A stretch of 64,000 nt of DNA from Candidatus Harrisonbacteria bacterium CG10_big_fil_rev_8_21_14_0_10_40_38 (GTDB lineage Bacteria > Patescibacteriota > Minisyncoccia > UBA6257 > 1-14-0-10-40-38): positions 89,273-153,272 of the forward strand of contig PFAZ01000001.1 in assembly GCA_002773535.1 (NCBI GenBank), written 5' to 3'. The notes beneath the pieces are model-generated. The model made no database searches and was not told where the DNA came from. It saw nothing but the letters and a program-made list of their open reading frames with translations. Position numbers and translations under genes: made by a program. This document shows, in pieces, positions 20,345 through 28,283 of this stretch. Position 1 is the first letter of the stretch; every line of letters starts with the position of its first letter.

Positions 20345-20812
20345 CAAGCTCAATAAGAGCACAAATTTGTAAAGTACTTTTTGGAGGAGAATCATGCGCA
20401 AGTCCTGCCCCGTCCCCTTTTGCGACTCTCACACCGATTCGCGACTGAAGCGCCGGCTCCGTGGAAACCACGGAGAACGTCACCGTCGTCGCATCAATCG
20501 CGAGCTGGAAAAATTCATCTCCCTCGCGACGGCCAGGTCGACAGTGCCAGAGGGGGCGAGACGAGTCGCCCCCACACCTCCACCCGCAAGGACGAGAGTC
20601 GCTCGTCTCTTCTCGGGGTTGCGCAGGGTCTTCGCCCTGAGCTAGCCACTACCCCACCAAACCGCCCTACACACTGCAAAGTGTGTAGGGCATTCCATTT
20701 TAAAAAGACTTCAAAATCAGTTATAATCAAAAACAGCGAGATAGATTTTGGGTACTAAACAACCCTCCCCAAGGGGGATAAAGCGCCCATAAATCTATCT
20801 CGGTTTTTTTTG
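20345..20812 (+). ncRNA. candidate novel structured RNA (GC-rich, ~470 nt); alternative reading: 83-aa Arg-rich ORF 20394-20645
   Basis: ~60% GC core in a ~38% GC genome; all three overlapping frames on both strands are open (expected for GC-rich RNA); many hairpins (ccgtgg-aaa-ccacgg, gggggcga...tcgccccc, gccctacacac...gtgtgtagggc); ends at a compound terminator 20737-20811. GGAGGA plus ATG at 20394 keeps a basic-protein reading possible. Confidence 0.4.
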
Positions 20813-20838
20813 ACAAGAATTAAGAAACAAGCTATCAT
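20810..20838 (+). promoter_or_regulatory. sigma70-like promoter (TTGACA-N17-TATCAT)
   Basis: Motif and spacing. Confidence 0.5.
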
Positions 20839-20844
20839 ATCAAA

Positions 20845-21167
20845 TTGTTAGATCTTTGAAAAAAACCGAGGCAGTTGTTTTTAGGTCGTGGATGAATGGC
20901 CTCTTTCACCACCAAGTACTAACTGCCTCGGTTTCCAATGAATCCATAGCACTCTTTCTGTGCTGCCCGTTGTCCTCCCCTCCTCGTAGCGGCGCAGGAA
21001 AAGTGTCTATGGAGTCATACAAGGTCGACAAATAGTTTTCTACGCAGTCCTTAGCACACTCCTCATCTCAAAAGAAGTGCGCAAGAAGATCCTCCGGCGC
21101 AGAATAACCAATTGTTGACCCAGTCCCTCGGTGAATCTCGCCCTTCACCGAGGGGCTCTTTTTTTTC
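20845..21167 (+). ncRNA. candidate structured RNA (~320 nt) ending at terminator 21125-21167
   Basis: Long-range 12-bp stem accgaggcagtt (20865-20876) / aactgcctcggt (20921-20932); GC-rich middle; canonical terminator ccctcggtgaa...ttcaccgagggg plus T9; no credible ORF. Confidence 0.35.
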
Positions 21168-21529
21168 GACAAATATTTGTAAAGATGCTTTAATAAAAAA
21201 AATAGGCTCTGGGCTGGGTTTCGAGCAGCGAATATGGACGATATTCGCCTGCTATAAGAAGCCCGGTCTGGAGCCACCTATCCTTAGACATATTTCCATA
21301 ACAACCAAACCACGGATTTTCACCCCGTGTTTTTTTTGACAAATTATTTCTCTCCCCTTATCAATGCAGAAAAGTTAGGATCATCTGCATATTTTAGAGC
21401 CCTGTCATTTATAAAAAATCTTTCTCTAGCTTCTTCAAAAGTAATGTCCGTATCAATTAGTCCAAGATCATACGCCAACTTATCTGAATCAGCTTAAACC
21501 TCTGCGAATATATAGCTTCAATATAAATA

Positions 21530-21760
21530 TTGTTTTGTAAACATTTCGATGGTATATTGCAAATAGCAAAAATTGACTCTGGGCTGGTCCGTGGTGAACC
21601 TCTAAGTAGAGATTCGTAGCCGTGATCTACCAGCCCAGAGTCACTACATAGTTCCTTTCCATAGCTCGGGGGCAATCAAATGTGTTTATCCAGTGAGGGG
21701 TCTGGCAGAACCCGAAAATAGCTAAATACATATGACCTGTCCCCGGGTCATTCTTTTTTT
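21530..21760 (+). ncRNA. candidate small RNA with 14-bp perfect inverted repeat (promoter TTGTTT-N17-TATATT; terminator 21732-21760)
   Basis: gactctgggctggt (21575-21588) pairs with accagcccagagtc (21629-21642); the arm motif ctctgggctgg recurs at 21205-21217; hairpin plus T8 terminator. Confidence 0.35.
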
Positions 21761-21814
21761 AGAAAACAAAAACGTGACCTACAAAGGCCACGTTTTTTGC
21801 TTATCTACACAACA

Positions 21815-22018
21815 CTAGTTTTCTGGGGTTTCTTCCCACAACTTATCAAACATCGCATTCCATTCGGTCATACTTTCCGGTGTAGCTTTTTCTACCATAT
21901 CTTTATGAGCTTCTTTTGCGTGTTCACTCATTTTTCCGCGTACTTCATCAACTGTTTCGCCGGAAGCTTCAAATGTGCATTCGCCTCCTCCAACTTGAGA
22001 ACATTTAATTGTTTTCAT
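21815..22018 (-). CDS. DUF1059-like small protein
   Basis: 67 aa with MKxxxCxxxGGxCxFEAxGET...HAKEAH pattern; bidirectional terminator hairpins at 21773-21798. Confidence 0.5.
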   Translation of the reverse strand: MKTIKCSQVGGGECTFEASGETVDEVRGKMSEHAKEAHKDMVEKATPESMTEWNAMFDKLWEETPEN

Positions 22019-22159
22019 TTTTATAAATTAGGTTAATCTTTCGACCGGGCAAACATAGCACGAATCAAGTAGATAGTCTATAAAGATATTTTTTTATTGA
22101 CATCGCAAAATTTTCTTTTATTCTTACAACCAGATCATATCCCAAGAAGGAGGTGTGTT

Positions 22160-22816
22160 TTGACAACAGGTCATTTCAGTAGCTGTATTACTCACGATGA
22201 CTGCTGGTGCGAAGCCAAGCGATATTGGCTCTTACTTGCTATAGCTACAGTCATTTTGTTTACCGAAGTGGTTGGAGGTGTTCTGTCGCATAGTCTTGCA
22301 CTTCTTGCAGATGCCGGGCACGTATTAGCAGACACAGGGGCAACCGTTGTCGCAATCATAGTAGCCTATAAGGTAAAAAAGAGTCCGCATGTCGAGTCAA
22401 AAACACGAAAAATCGGCGGTTATATAAACGCCATATTCCTCGGAGTCATTGGGATTTGGATTTTCATTGAAGCAATTGAGCGCTTCTTTAATCCTCATCC
22501 AATTGTAAGCATGACTATGATAGTCGTAGCAATTCTCGGCACCATCGGTAACTATATCCAGCATGCGATAATGGAGTCCGCAAATGCAGAACACGTCACG
22601 CACGAATCCATGAAACTCCATATCCTCTCCGATCTTCTGCAAAGTATTGGAGTTGTACTCGGTGGAGTGATTATATGGGCAACAGGGTGGGATCCACTCG
22701 ACCCAATAATCTCAGTGGTTATCGCAATTTTAATGGCGCGCTGGTCTTGGAGTCTTTTGCTCAAACTGCGATCCGGCAAATATGACAATGGCAGCCACTG
22801 CCACCATCACCACTAA
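22160..22816 (+). CDS. cation diffusion facilitator (Co/Zn/Cd efflux, CzcD-like)
   Basis: CDF TM signature HSLALLADAGHVLAD, C-terminal His-rich tail (HCHHHH); RBS AGGAGG then TTG start at 22160 (the tracked ORF begins at 22097). Confidence 0.75.
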   Translation: MTTGHFSSCITHDDCWCEAKRYWLLLAIATVILFTEVVGGVLSHSLALLADAGHVLADTGATVVAIIVAYKVKKSPHVESKTRKIGGYINAIFLGVIGIWIFIEAIERFFNPHPIVSMTMIVVAILGTIGNYIQHAIMESANAEHVTHESMKLHILSDLLQSIGVVLGGVIIWATGWDPLDPIISVVIAILMARWSWSLLLKLRSGKYDNGSHCHHHH

Positions 22817-22902
22817 AAGTGGTACTTCAAACCTCTAAACCCCCTACCCCCGACACAACCTCGTCGGGGTATTTTTTAACAATCGTTTTACTTTACTATG
22901 TG

Positions 22903-22973
22903 CTGCGGGACCTGGATTCGAACCAGGATACTCGGCTTCAAAGGCCGATGTCCTACCATTAGACGATCCCGCA
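22903..22973 (-). tRNA. tRNA-Gln (anticodon UUG), CCA not encoded
   Basis: Hand-folded cloverleaf: acceptor TGCGGGA/TCCCGCA, D-arm GTCT/GGAC, anticodon stem TCGGC/GCCGA with loop CTTTGAA, T-arm CCTGG-TTCGAAT-CCAGG. Confidence 0.75.
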
Positions 22974-23014
22974 ATAAATTGTTCAACTACTCTACATATA
23001 ATTCTACAAGAATA

Positions 23015-23085
23015 ATGTCCTACTTGCCTCGCCGAACCCAGCTTTGCGAGGGTAGGCGGGCCATTAGACGATCCCGCAATAAATT
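23015..23085 (-). pseudogene. partial duplicate of the tRNA-Gln 5' half plus 5' flank, interrupted by a 37-nt structured insert
   Basis: 25 nt (23061-23085) identical to 22956-22980 and atgtcctac (23015-23023 = 22948-22956); insert 23024-23060 forms nested stems; anticodon/T arms absent. Confidence 0.6.
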
Positions 23086-23160
23086 TATTTTAAACTCTGA
23101 TTTTCCAAAAAAATCTATCATAAAAATTAAGAATCCACAAACAAAAAACTAAACATAAAA

Positions 23161-23198
23161 CCCCACAAACGCTTCGCGCGCTGTGGGGCTTTTTTCAC
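23161..23198. terminator. bidirectional rho-independent terminator
   Basis: ccccaca...tgtgggg hairpin flanked by T-runs on both strands. Confidence 0.6.
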
Positions 23199-23878
23199 CT
23201 TCCAGCATAGAGTCGCCATCTGTAAGAGGGCGTTCCTCTTTTTTCTTCAGTAGACGACATCTCTCTACTGAAAAGTGTCGCCTGTCTCGATATGATATCC
23301 GTACTAAGTACAGGTACGCAATTGTCATGCAGCGTTGTACCAGCAAAACACAGGTTATGGAGGGACGCATGAAAAATCGAAATCGCCGCAATCAATCCTT
23401 CCCAAATATCAAATGGACACCTCTCTTGGTCATTTAGTTTTTCGAGATCATGAGTTACGGTATTCCCCTTCAACGTTCGTCCATCCAGAACATCTACGAG
23501 TATATATGCCTTATTATATGTAGTGGGAGAAACAGTCGAAGAGTAAGACTTATGCTCTGAAGTTTCAGGGAGTGTCGACGTTCCATTAGCCTCGCCTCTT
23601 GTCACTTTATTCATTAAACTCTTTGCAACTTTACCATTTACAACATCAGGGCGAGGCGGCACTAACAGAAACAACCCAGGGAAAAGTTTTTGTCGCAAAA
23701 AACGAATATCTTTGTCAGGAATATGAATATCCGCACCACGCAACCTCTCAACCTGTTCATCAAACAATCTCGTGGGATCAATTCGATTATTTAAAACAGT
23801 CATCCGCTCATTGGTAAGAATCGTTGTCTCGCCTTGCTTTACAACAGTCCCCGATTCTTCCATTGAGTTTTCCTCCAC
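23195..23878 (-). CDS. hypothetical protein
   Basis: 227-aa ORF, no recognisable motif; slightly GC-enriched. Confidence 0.4.
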   Translation of the reverse strand: MEENSMEESGTVVKQGETTILTNERMTVLNNRIDPTRLFDEQVERLRGADIHIPDKDIRFLRQKLFPGLFLLVPPRPDVVNGKVAKSLMNKVTRGEANGTSTLPETSEHKSYSSTVSPTTYNKAYILVDVLDGRTLKGNTVTHDLEKLNDQERCPFDIWEGLIAAISIFHASLHNLCFAGTTLHDNCVPVLSTDIISRQATLFSREMSSTEEKRGTPSYRWRLYAGR

Positions 23879-23954
23879 TTATGTACGTGACAAGGAACAA
23901 AACACTCACACAAAAATGCGAGCAACCAAAATATAACCACTTACCAAAAAAACA

Positions 23955-26900
23955 TCAAGTCGTAAAATCTGTTAGCAAGTCATCTTCAAATTTAATAATC
24001 CCCTTCAAATCTTTTGAGTACGATGAAACATCAGGAAAATCCAAGTTTAGGATTTTTTTGTGCACCGCCGAAATAAGTTTTCTCACTCTTTGAACGTCTG
24101 CGTCTTGCACCATATAAGTCAGAGAAATCATTTTTTTCTTATGTGGTTCAAAGAAATCTATTATTCCTTTTTCTACAAAATGCCGGCCTCCAAAATCTCT
24201 CGAGTTTTCAATAAGTAATTTATAAAATATTAGCTGATATTTAAATCTATGTAGTTTGATCCGTGAATATGGTTCTTTGTCGTCCCAAGACTCAACAGCC
24301 TTTCCAGTTTTAAAATCATGCACTTCAAATGTCCCGTCCTCTTTTTGAACCACTCTATCCAGCTTTCCGGTAAGGTGTGTTTCATCAACCAAAACTCCCT
24401 GATTCTTAAAATCAAGTTCAATCTTGTCGCTAAAATTAAAACTCTTGGCATGCTCTGAATAAAAAGATAAAAGCGCCTTATTTCCTTTTTCTAAAAATCC
24501 CGAAAAATCATGATCCGCTAGCCGCTCTTTCTTGAGAGCATTTTCATAAAGTTTTAAAAGAAGTCCCGAAGACGGAAGCTCTTGTTTCTGTCTGAAGTTC
24601 ACAAAAAACTTTGCCACTGCCTCATGCATTGCCGATCCATAAGAACCCGATGGCGTCTTCGCTTGCGGAAATCTCAAAAAATTAACCAAGAAAAATTTTT
24701 GAGGCCCTCCATCTGAAACATCAAGAAAATTATTAAAGTGAGTAACACTCATCTGATAATCAGTAAGCAAAGCCGATAGCATAGCTTTTTCCTGTGAAAC
24801 AAAAGGAATACGCGTGTAATGAAGCTTCCACTGCGTCTCAAGTATCTCCTCGCTATTTTGTATTTCAGCCGATTCAAAAGAAAGGTTCTCCGGCGTTTCC
24901 TCCTCATCTTCATTTGCTAAAAATCTCAAACGAGAAGAAGCTCGCCCGACATCATTTTTTTCATAAGAAGTAAGATAAAGATTTTTCTTTGCGCGAGTTA
25001 TCGCAACATAAAAAAGACGCAGCTGATCGTCCGTCGTATCCCCCGCCGGTTCAATGGGCAAATTTATCGGGAAAGATATTTTATTTGCCCTACGCGTTCC
25101 CGCCCAAACATCATCTTGGCAGCTCATCACAAAAACTGTTTCAAATTCCAGCCCCTTCGCCTTATGGGCAGTAAGAAGGTGAACCGCCTTTTGTGCCGCC
25201 GCAAAAGGACTCTGATCTGTTATTTGTAGATGATTTTTTTCATGTACATCCACAAACTCAACAAGATCATCGACTTTTAAAAACTGCCCGTGTCGGTACT
25301 CTCGTAACGCGTGGTAAAAAACTCTAAGTCCCGATAAAAATGCGAGATACTCTGATTTTTTCTCATTAAATTTTTCAGCTCCAAAATAATATTTACGAAA
25401 AGGGCTTTTAAATTTTTTCTGCTCACGTTTTTTGTCATGTGTCTCATCATCCTCATCGGTACTGGTAAATGTTCCGTGAGACCCAACAAGGGCGTCCAAG
25501 ATAACTTCAGTCGGTTCATATTTTGCCTGTGCCGCAAGTTCAACAAAAAAGTCGGCAATATTCTGTATTTTTTTATCATCACAATTTTTCATCTCATGGA
25601 ACCACGAGGAATGGTTTTTGTGCTTAGCCACCGAAAGCTCCCACACCGAAAACCTGTCTATTTCCCAAAAAGGAAAACTCAAAATTTCCGGTAAAAGATA
25701 ATCAGACTCCTCCATGTCTTTCCGAAGAAGCAAAGAGACAAATCTCGCCATCACGATAAGCTGGCGTATGTGCGGCTCTATGAGAACGTCTCTCTGCCGC
25801 TCATATGCAACAGGTATAGAAATATCACTCAAATGCGGTTGAAGGGCCTGTAAATCGCTGTGGTGGCGCGCAATGACCGCTATAGAGTCAGGAGACGCTC
25901 CATTCTTCAAAAGTCCCTCGATTTCCTTGGCAATAAAGTCATATTCATGAGAGCTCGTAGTAAGCGATTTACTGACAATATTCCCAATGCCCTTGTCGTC
26001 GCCTGCAGCTACAAGTTCTTTGCTTATTCCCAAAACTTTGTCCTCGAGGCGTTGAGAGCCTTTTTTTATTATGTATCGCGCAAGATCAAGTATGTCCTGT
26101 CTTGAGCGATAATTGTGTGTCAGAGTCACAATCTCCGGATCTCGAAAAAGTTTTTTAAAATTCAAAATATTCGAAACATCAGCCCCCTGAAATTTATAAA
26201 TCGCCTGATCATCATCCCCAACAGCCATGATGTTTGGCCTGCCCTCATGAACTGGCGCGTCAGTTAAAAACTCTATAAGCCGCATTTGCGCATCATTGGT
26301 GTCCTGAAACTCATCAACTAAAATATATTGATACTGTTCCTGAAGTTCATACCTAAGAGACGGGTTTGCCTCGAGTGAAGTAATGACTTCAAGAAGCATA
26401 TCCTCAAAATCATAAAAACCTTTTTCATGTAACGCTTCCCTATATGCGCGATAAACTTCAGCAAGCGCAAAAAGTTTTTCCATATTTACCGAATCTCTCC
26501 ACACACGCGCCCCCTCATCATTTTTTTTCGTCCATGTCTGTTTCCATTTCGAAAGAGGCGCAGTTTTCCCAGTCTCCCGCGCTTCCTCAATTACCCGCCT
26601 TAAGGACTTCGAAATAGAAACCCCTATCGGCTCATATCGAAAATCTGTCTCCGTCTCACCATTCTCTAAAAGCGAATCACACAAAGAAACAAGCGAATCA
26701 ATCTGTTTCATACTAAGCCGTTCATCAAAAACAGAAATATTTTTATTTATCTTTTTTAGGGCATCTTCATCAGCTTTCAATATCTCAAAAAAAATATCCG
26801 GCTCGAGCCCCGCCTTTTTCAGGTTTGAAATAGCCTTGATTGCAGGGTTTAAAAATATAAAACCTTGCGAAGCGTGATACGCTCGGAGCGGATTATCAAA

Positions 26901-27296
26901 AGGAAGGTTTTCAAAAATTTCCTGCATTATCTCGATCTGCGTCAGGGTGTCCGCCGGAGAAAACGAAGCGCCGTTATAAAAATATTCTGGAAACCTTCCA
27001 ATCACATCAACACAAAAACTATGAAAAGTATAAATCGCAGTTGAGTATGCCTTCCTCCCGATAAGTCCGGATAATCTCTCTCGCATTGTGACAGCGGCAG
27101 AATCTGTAAATGTAAGACACAAAATATTGCTGGGGTGAGTGTCCGTCTTGTCGAGTATATTAGCCACTCTCAAGCTCAATATTTCCGTCTTGCCGCTCCC
27201 AGGACCCGCGATAACAAGCACCGGCCCCTCGATAGCTGAAACAGCCTTTTTCTGCGCCTCGTTTAAATTCGCAAACCTTGTCTCAAAGTTTTTCAT
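23955..27296 (-). CDS. UvrD/PcrA-family helicase fused to C-terminal PD-(D/E)xK (RecB/Cas4-like) nuclease domain
   Basis: Walker A AGPGSGKTE, helicase motifs (TFH, DEFQD, VGDDDQAIY, TAHKAKGLEF), C-terminal D...EVHDFKTGK nuclease-like motif; 1113 aa. Confidence 0.8.
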   Translation of the reverse strand: MKNFETRFANLNEAQKKAVSAIEGPVLVIAGPGSGKTEILSLRVANILDKTDTHPSNILCLTFTDSAAVTMRERLSGLIGRKAYSTAIYTFHSFCVDVIGRFPEYFYNGASFSPADTLTQIEIMQEIFENLPFDNPLRAYHASQGFIFLNPAIKAISNLKKAGLEPDIFFEILKADEDALKKINKNISVFDERLSMKQIDSLVSLCDSLLENGETETDFRYEPIGVSISKSLRRVIEEARETGKTAPLSKWKQTWTKKNDEGARVWRDSVNMEKLFALAEVYRAYREALHEKGFYDFEDMLLEVITSLEANPSLRYELQEQYQYILVDEFQDTNDAQMRLIEFLTDAPVHEGRPNIMAVGDDDQAIYKFQGADVSNILNFKKLFRDPEIVTLTHNYRSRQDILDLARYIIKKGSQRLEDKVLGISKELVAAGDDKGIGNIVSKSLTTSSHEYDFIAKEIEGLLKNGASPDSIAVIARHHSDLQALQPHLSDISIPVAYERQRDVLIEPHIRQLIVMARFVSLLLRKDMEESDYLLPEILSFPFWEIDRFSVWELSVAKHKNHSSWFHEMKNCDDKKIQNIADFFVELAAQAKYEPTEVILDALVGSHGTFTSTDEDDETHDKKREQKKFKSPFRKYYFGAEKFNEKKSEYLAFLSGLRVFYHALREYRHGQFLKVDDLVEFVDVHEKNHLQITDQSPFAAAQKAVHLLTAHKAKGLEFETVFVMSCQDDVWAGTRRANKISFPINLPIEPAGDTTDDQLRLFYVAITRAKKNLYLTSYEKNDVGRASSRLRFLANEDEEETPENLSFESAEIQNSEEILETQWKLHYTRIPFVSQEKAMLSALLTDYQMSVTHFNNFLDVSDGGPQKFFLVNFLRFPQAKTPSGSYGSAMHEAVAKFFVNFRQKQELPSSGLLLKLYENALKKERLADHDFSGFLEKGNKALLSFYSEHAKSFNFSDKIELDFKNQGVLVDETHLTGKLDRVVQKEDGTFEVHDFKTGKAVESWDDKEPYSRIKLHRFKYQLIFYKLLIENSRDFGGRHFVEKGIIDFFEPHKKKMISLTYMVQDADVQRVRKLISAVHKKILNLDFPDVSSYSKDLKGIIKFEDDLLTDFTT

Positions 27297-27301
27297 AAAA
27301 A

Positions 27302-28000
27302 CTAAAGCCCAATTTTCTTCTTAAAAGTTTCAAGTTCCTTGCCCTCGATTTTTCGATAGCTTCCTTCTTTAAGTCCGCCAAGATTGATGTTTAATATTCT
27401 TATCCTCTTTAAGTCAGCAAGCTCAACTCTTAGGGCAGAACACATTCTCCTTATCTGATGTTTCTTTCCTTCAGTTAAAATAATTTTAAATGAATAACTT
27501 CCAATCACAGACACAGTACATGGTTTTGTCACATACCCCTCGATATTCACTCCTGTCTCCATTCTTCTTTTAAAATTCGAAGGAAGCTTTGTGCTCGTTC
27601 TCACGACATATTCCTTGTCGTGTGTGTATTCCGGATTCAAAAGCCTATCAGTCACCCGCCCGTCATTTGTGAGTATGATAAGCCCGTGAGAGTCTTTATC
27701 GAGTCGTCCCACAGGAAACACTCCTCTTATAGGGAAAACGCCGCCTATATCCTCCTGATTTTCTTCTGCAGAATGAGTAACTATCCCGATAGGCTTATTG
27801 TATGCAAAATAAACAAGCGAGCTTGTATCCACTCCGCCCTTCACGTGTACATCATCATCTTCGTTCACCTTGTCACCTAAAACCGCCTCGCGTCCATTTA
27901 TAAAAACACGCCCTGCTTCTATAAGTTCATCAGCGCCTCTTCTCGTAGAATATTTCTTCCACGCCAGATATTTATTTATCCTCATCGGAAACTTTTCCAT
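27302..28000 (-). CDS. rRNA pseudouridine synthase (RsuA/RluB family)
   Basis: S4 domain N-terminus plus catalytic GRLDKDSHGLIILTNDG motif. Confidence 0.8.
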   Translation of the reverse strand: MEKFPMRINKYLAWKKYSTRRGADELIEAGRVFINGREAVLGDKVNEDDDVHVKGGVDTSSLVYFAYNKPIGIVTHSAEENQEDIGGVFPIRGVFPVGRLDKDSHGLIILTNDGRVTDRLLNPEYTHDKEYVVRTSTKLPSNFKRRMETGVNIEGYVTKPCTVSVIGSYSFKIILTEGKKHQIRRMCSALRVELADLKRIRILNINLGGLKEGSYRKIEGKELETFKKKIGL

Positions 28001-28036
28001 AGTGATAATTATGCATCAAATCCGTACTTTTTATAC

Positions 28037-28283
28037 TTGACAAAATAGTAACATATATGATAAACTACATATCAGAAAATTCATCAAAAAACAGCGTCAT
28101 ACCTGAGGTTTTTAGCGAAAGCCAACTGCGATAACTCTTGATTAGACTATAGCTAATCAAGAGTCGCAAAAAGCAACCTTTCAGGGAGTCGCTGTAGAGG
28201 CCCGCTCCAAGGTGAGTGGGCCCAACTTCTTTATTGCCAAAAAATTCGAGAAATGTTTAAATAGACTCTCGTGCGGAAAAAAT
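28037..28283 (+). promoter_or_regulatory. promoter (TTGACA-N18-TAAACT) plus ~200-nt structured 5' leader of typA
   Basis: 11-bp hairpin ctcttgattag/ctaatcaagag (28136-28164) and ggccc...gggcc hairpin in leader. Confidence 0.4.

Noticed and set aside
20345-21170. Attempted assignment of the GC-rich transcripts to tmRNA, RNase P RNA, SRP RNA or 6S RNA
   Set aside because: No tRNA-like 3' end or tag-peptide frame, no AGGAAAGUCCGG/P4 pairing, no GGAAGCAGCC domain-IV motif and no end-to-end duplex with central bubble; left as unassigned candidates.
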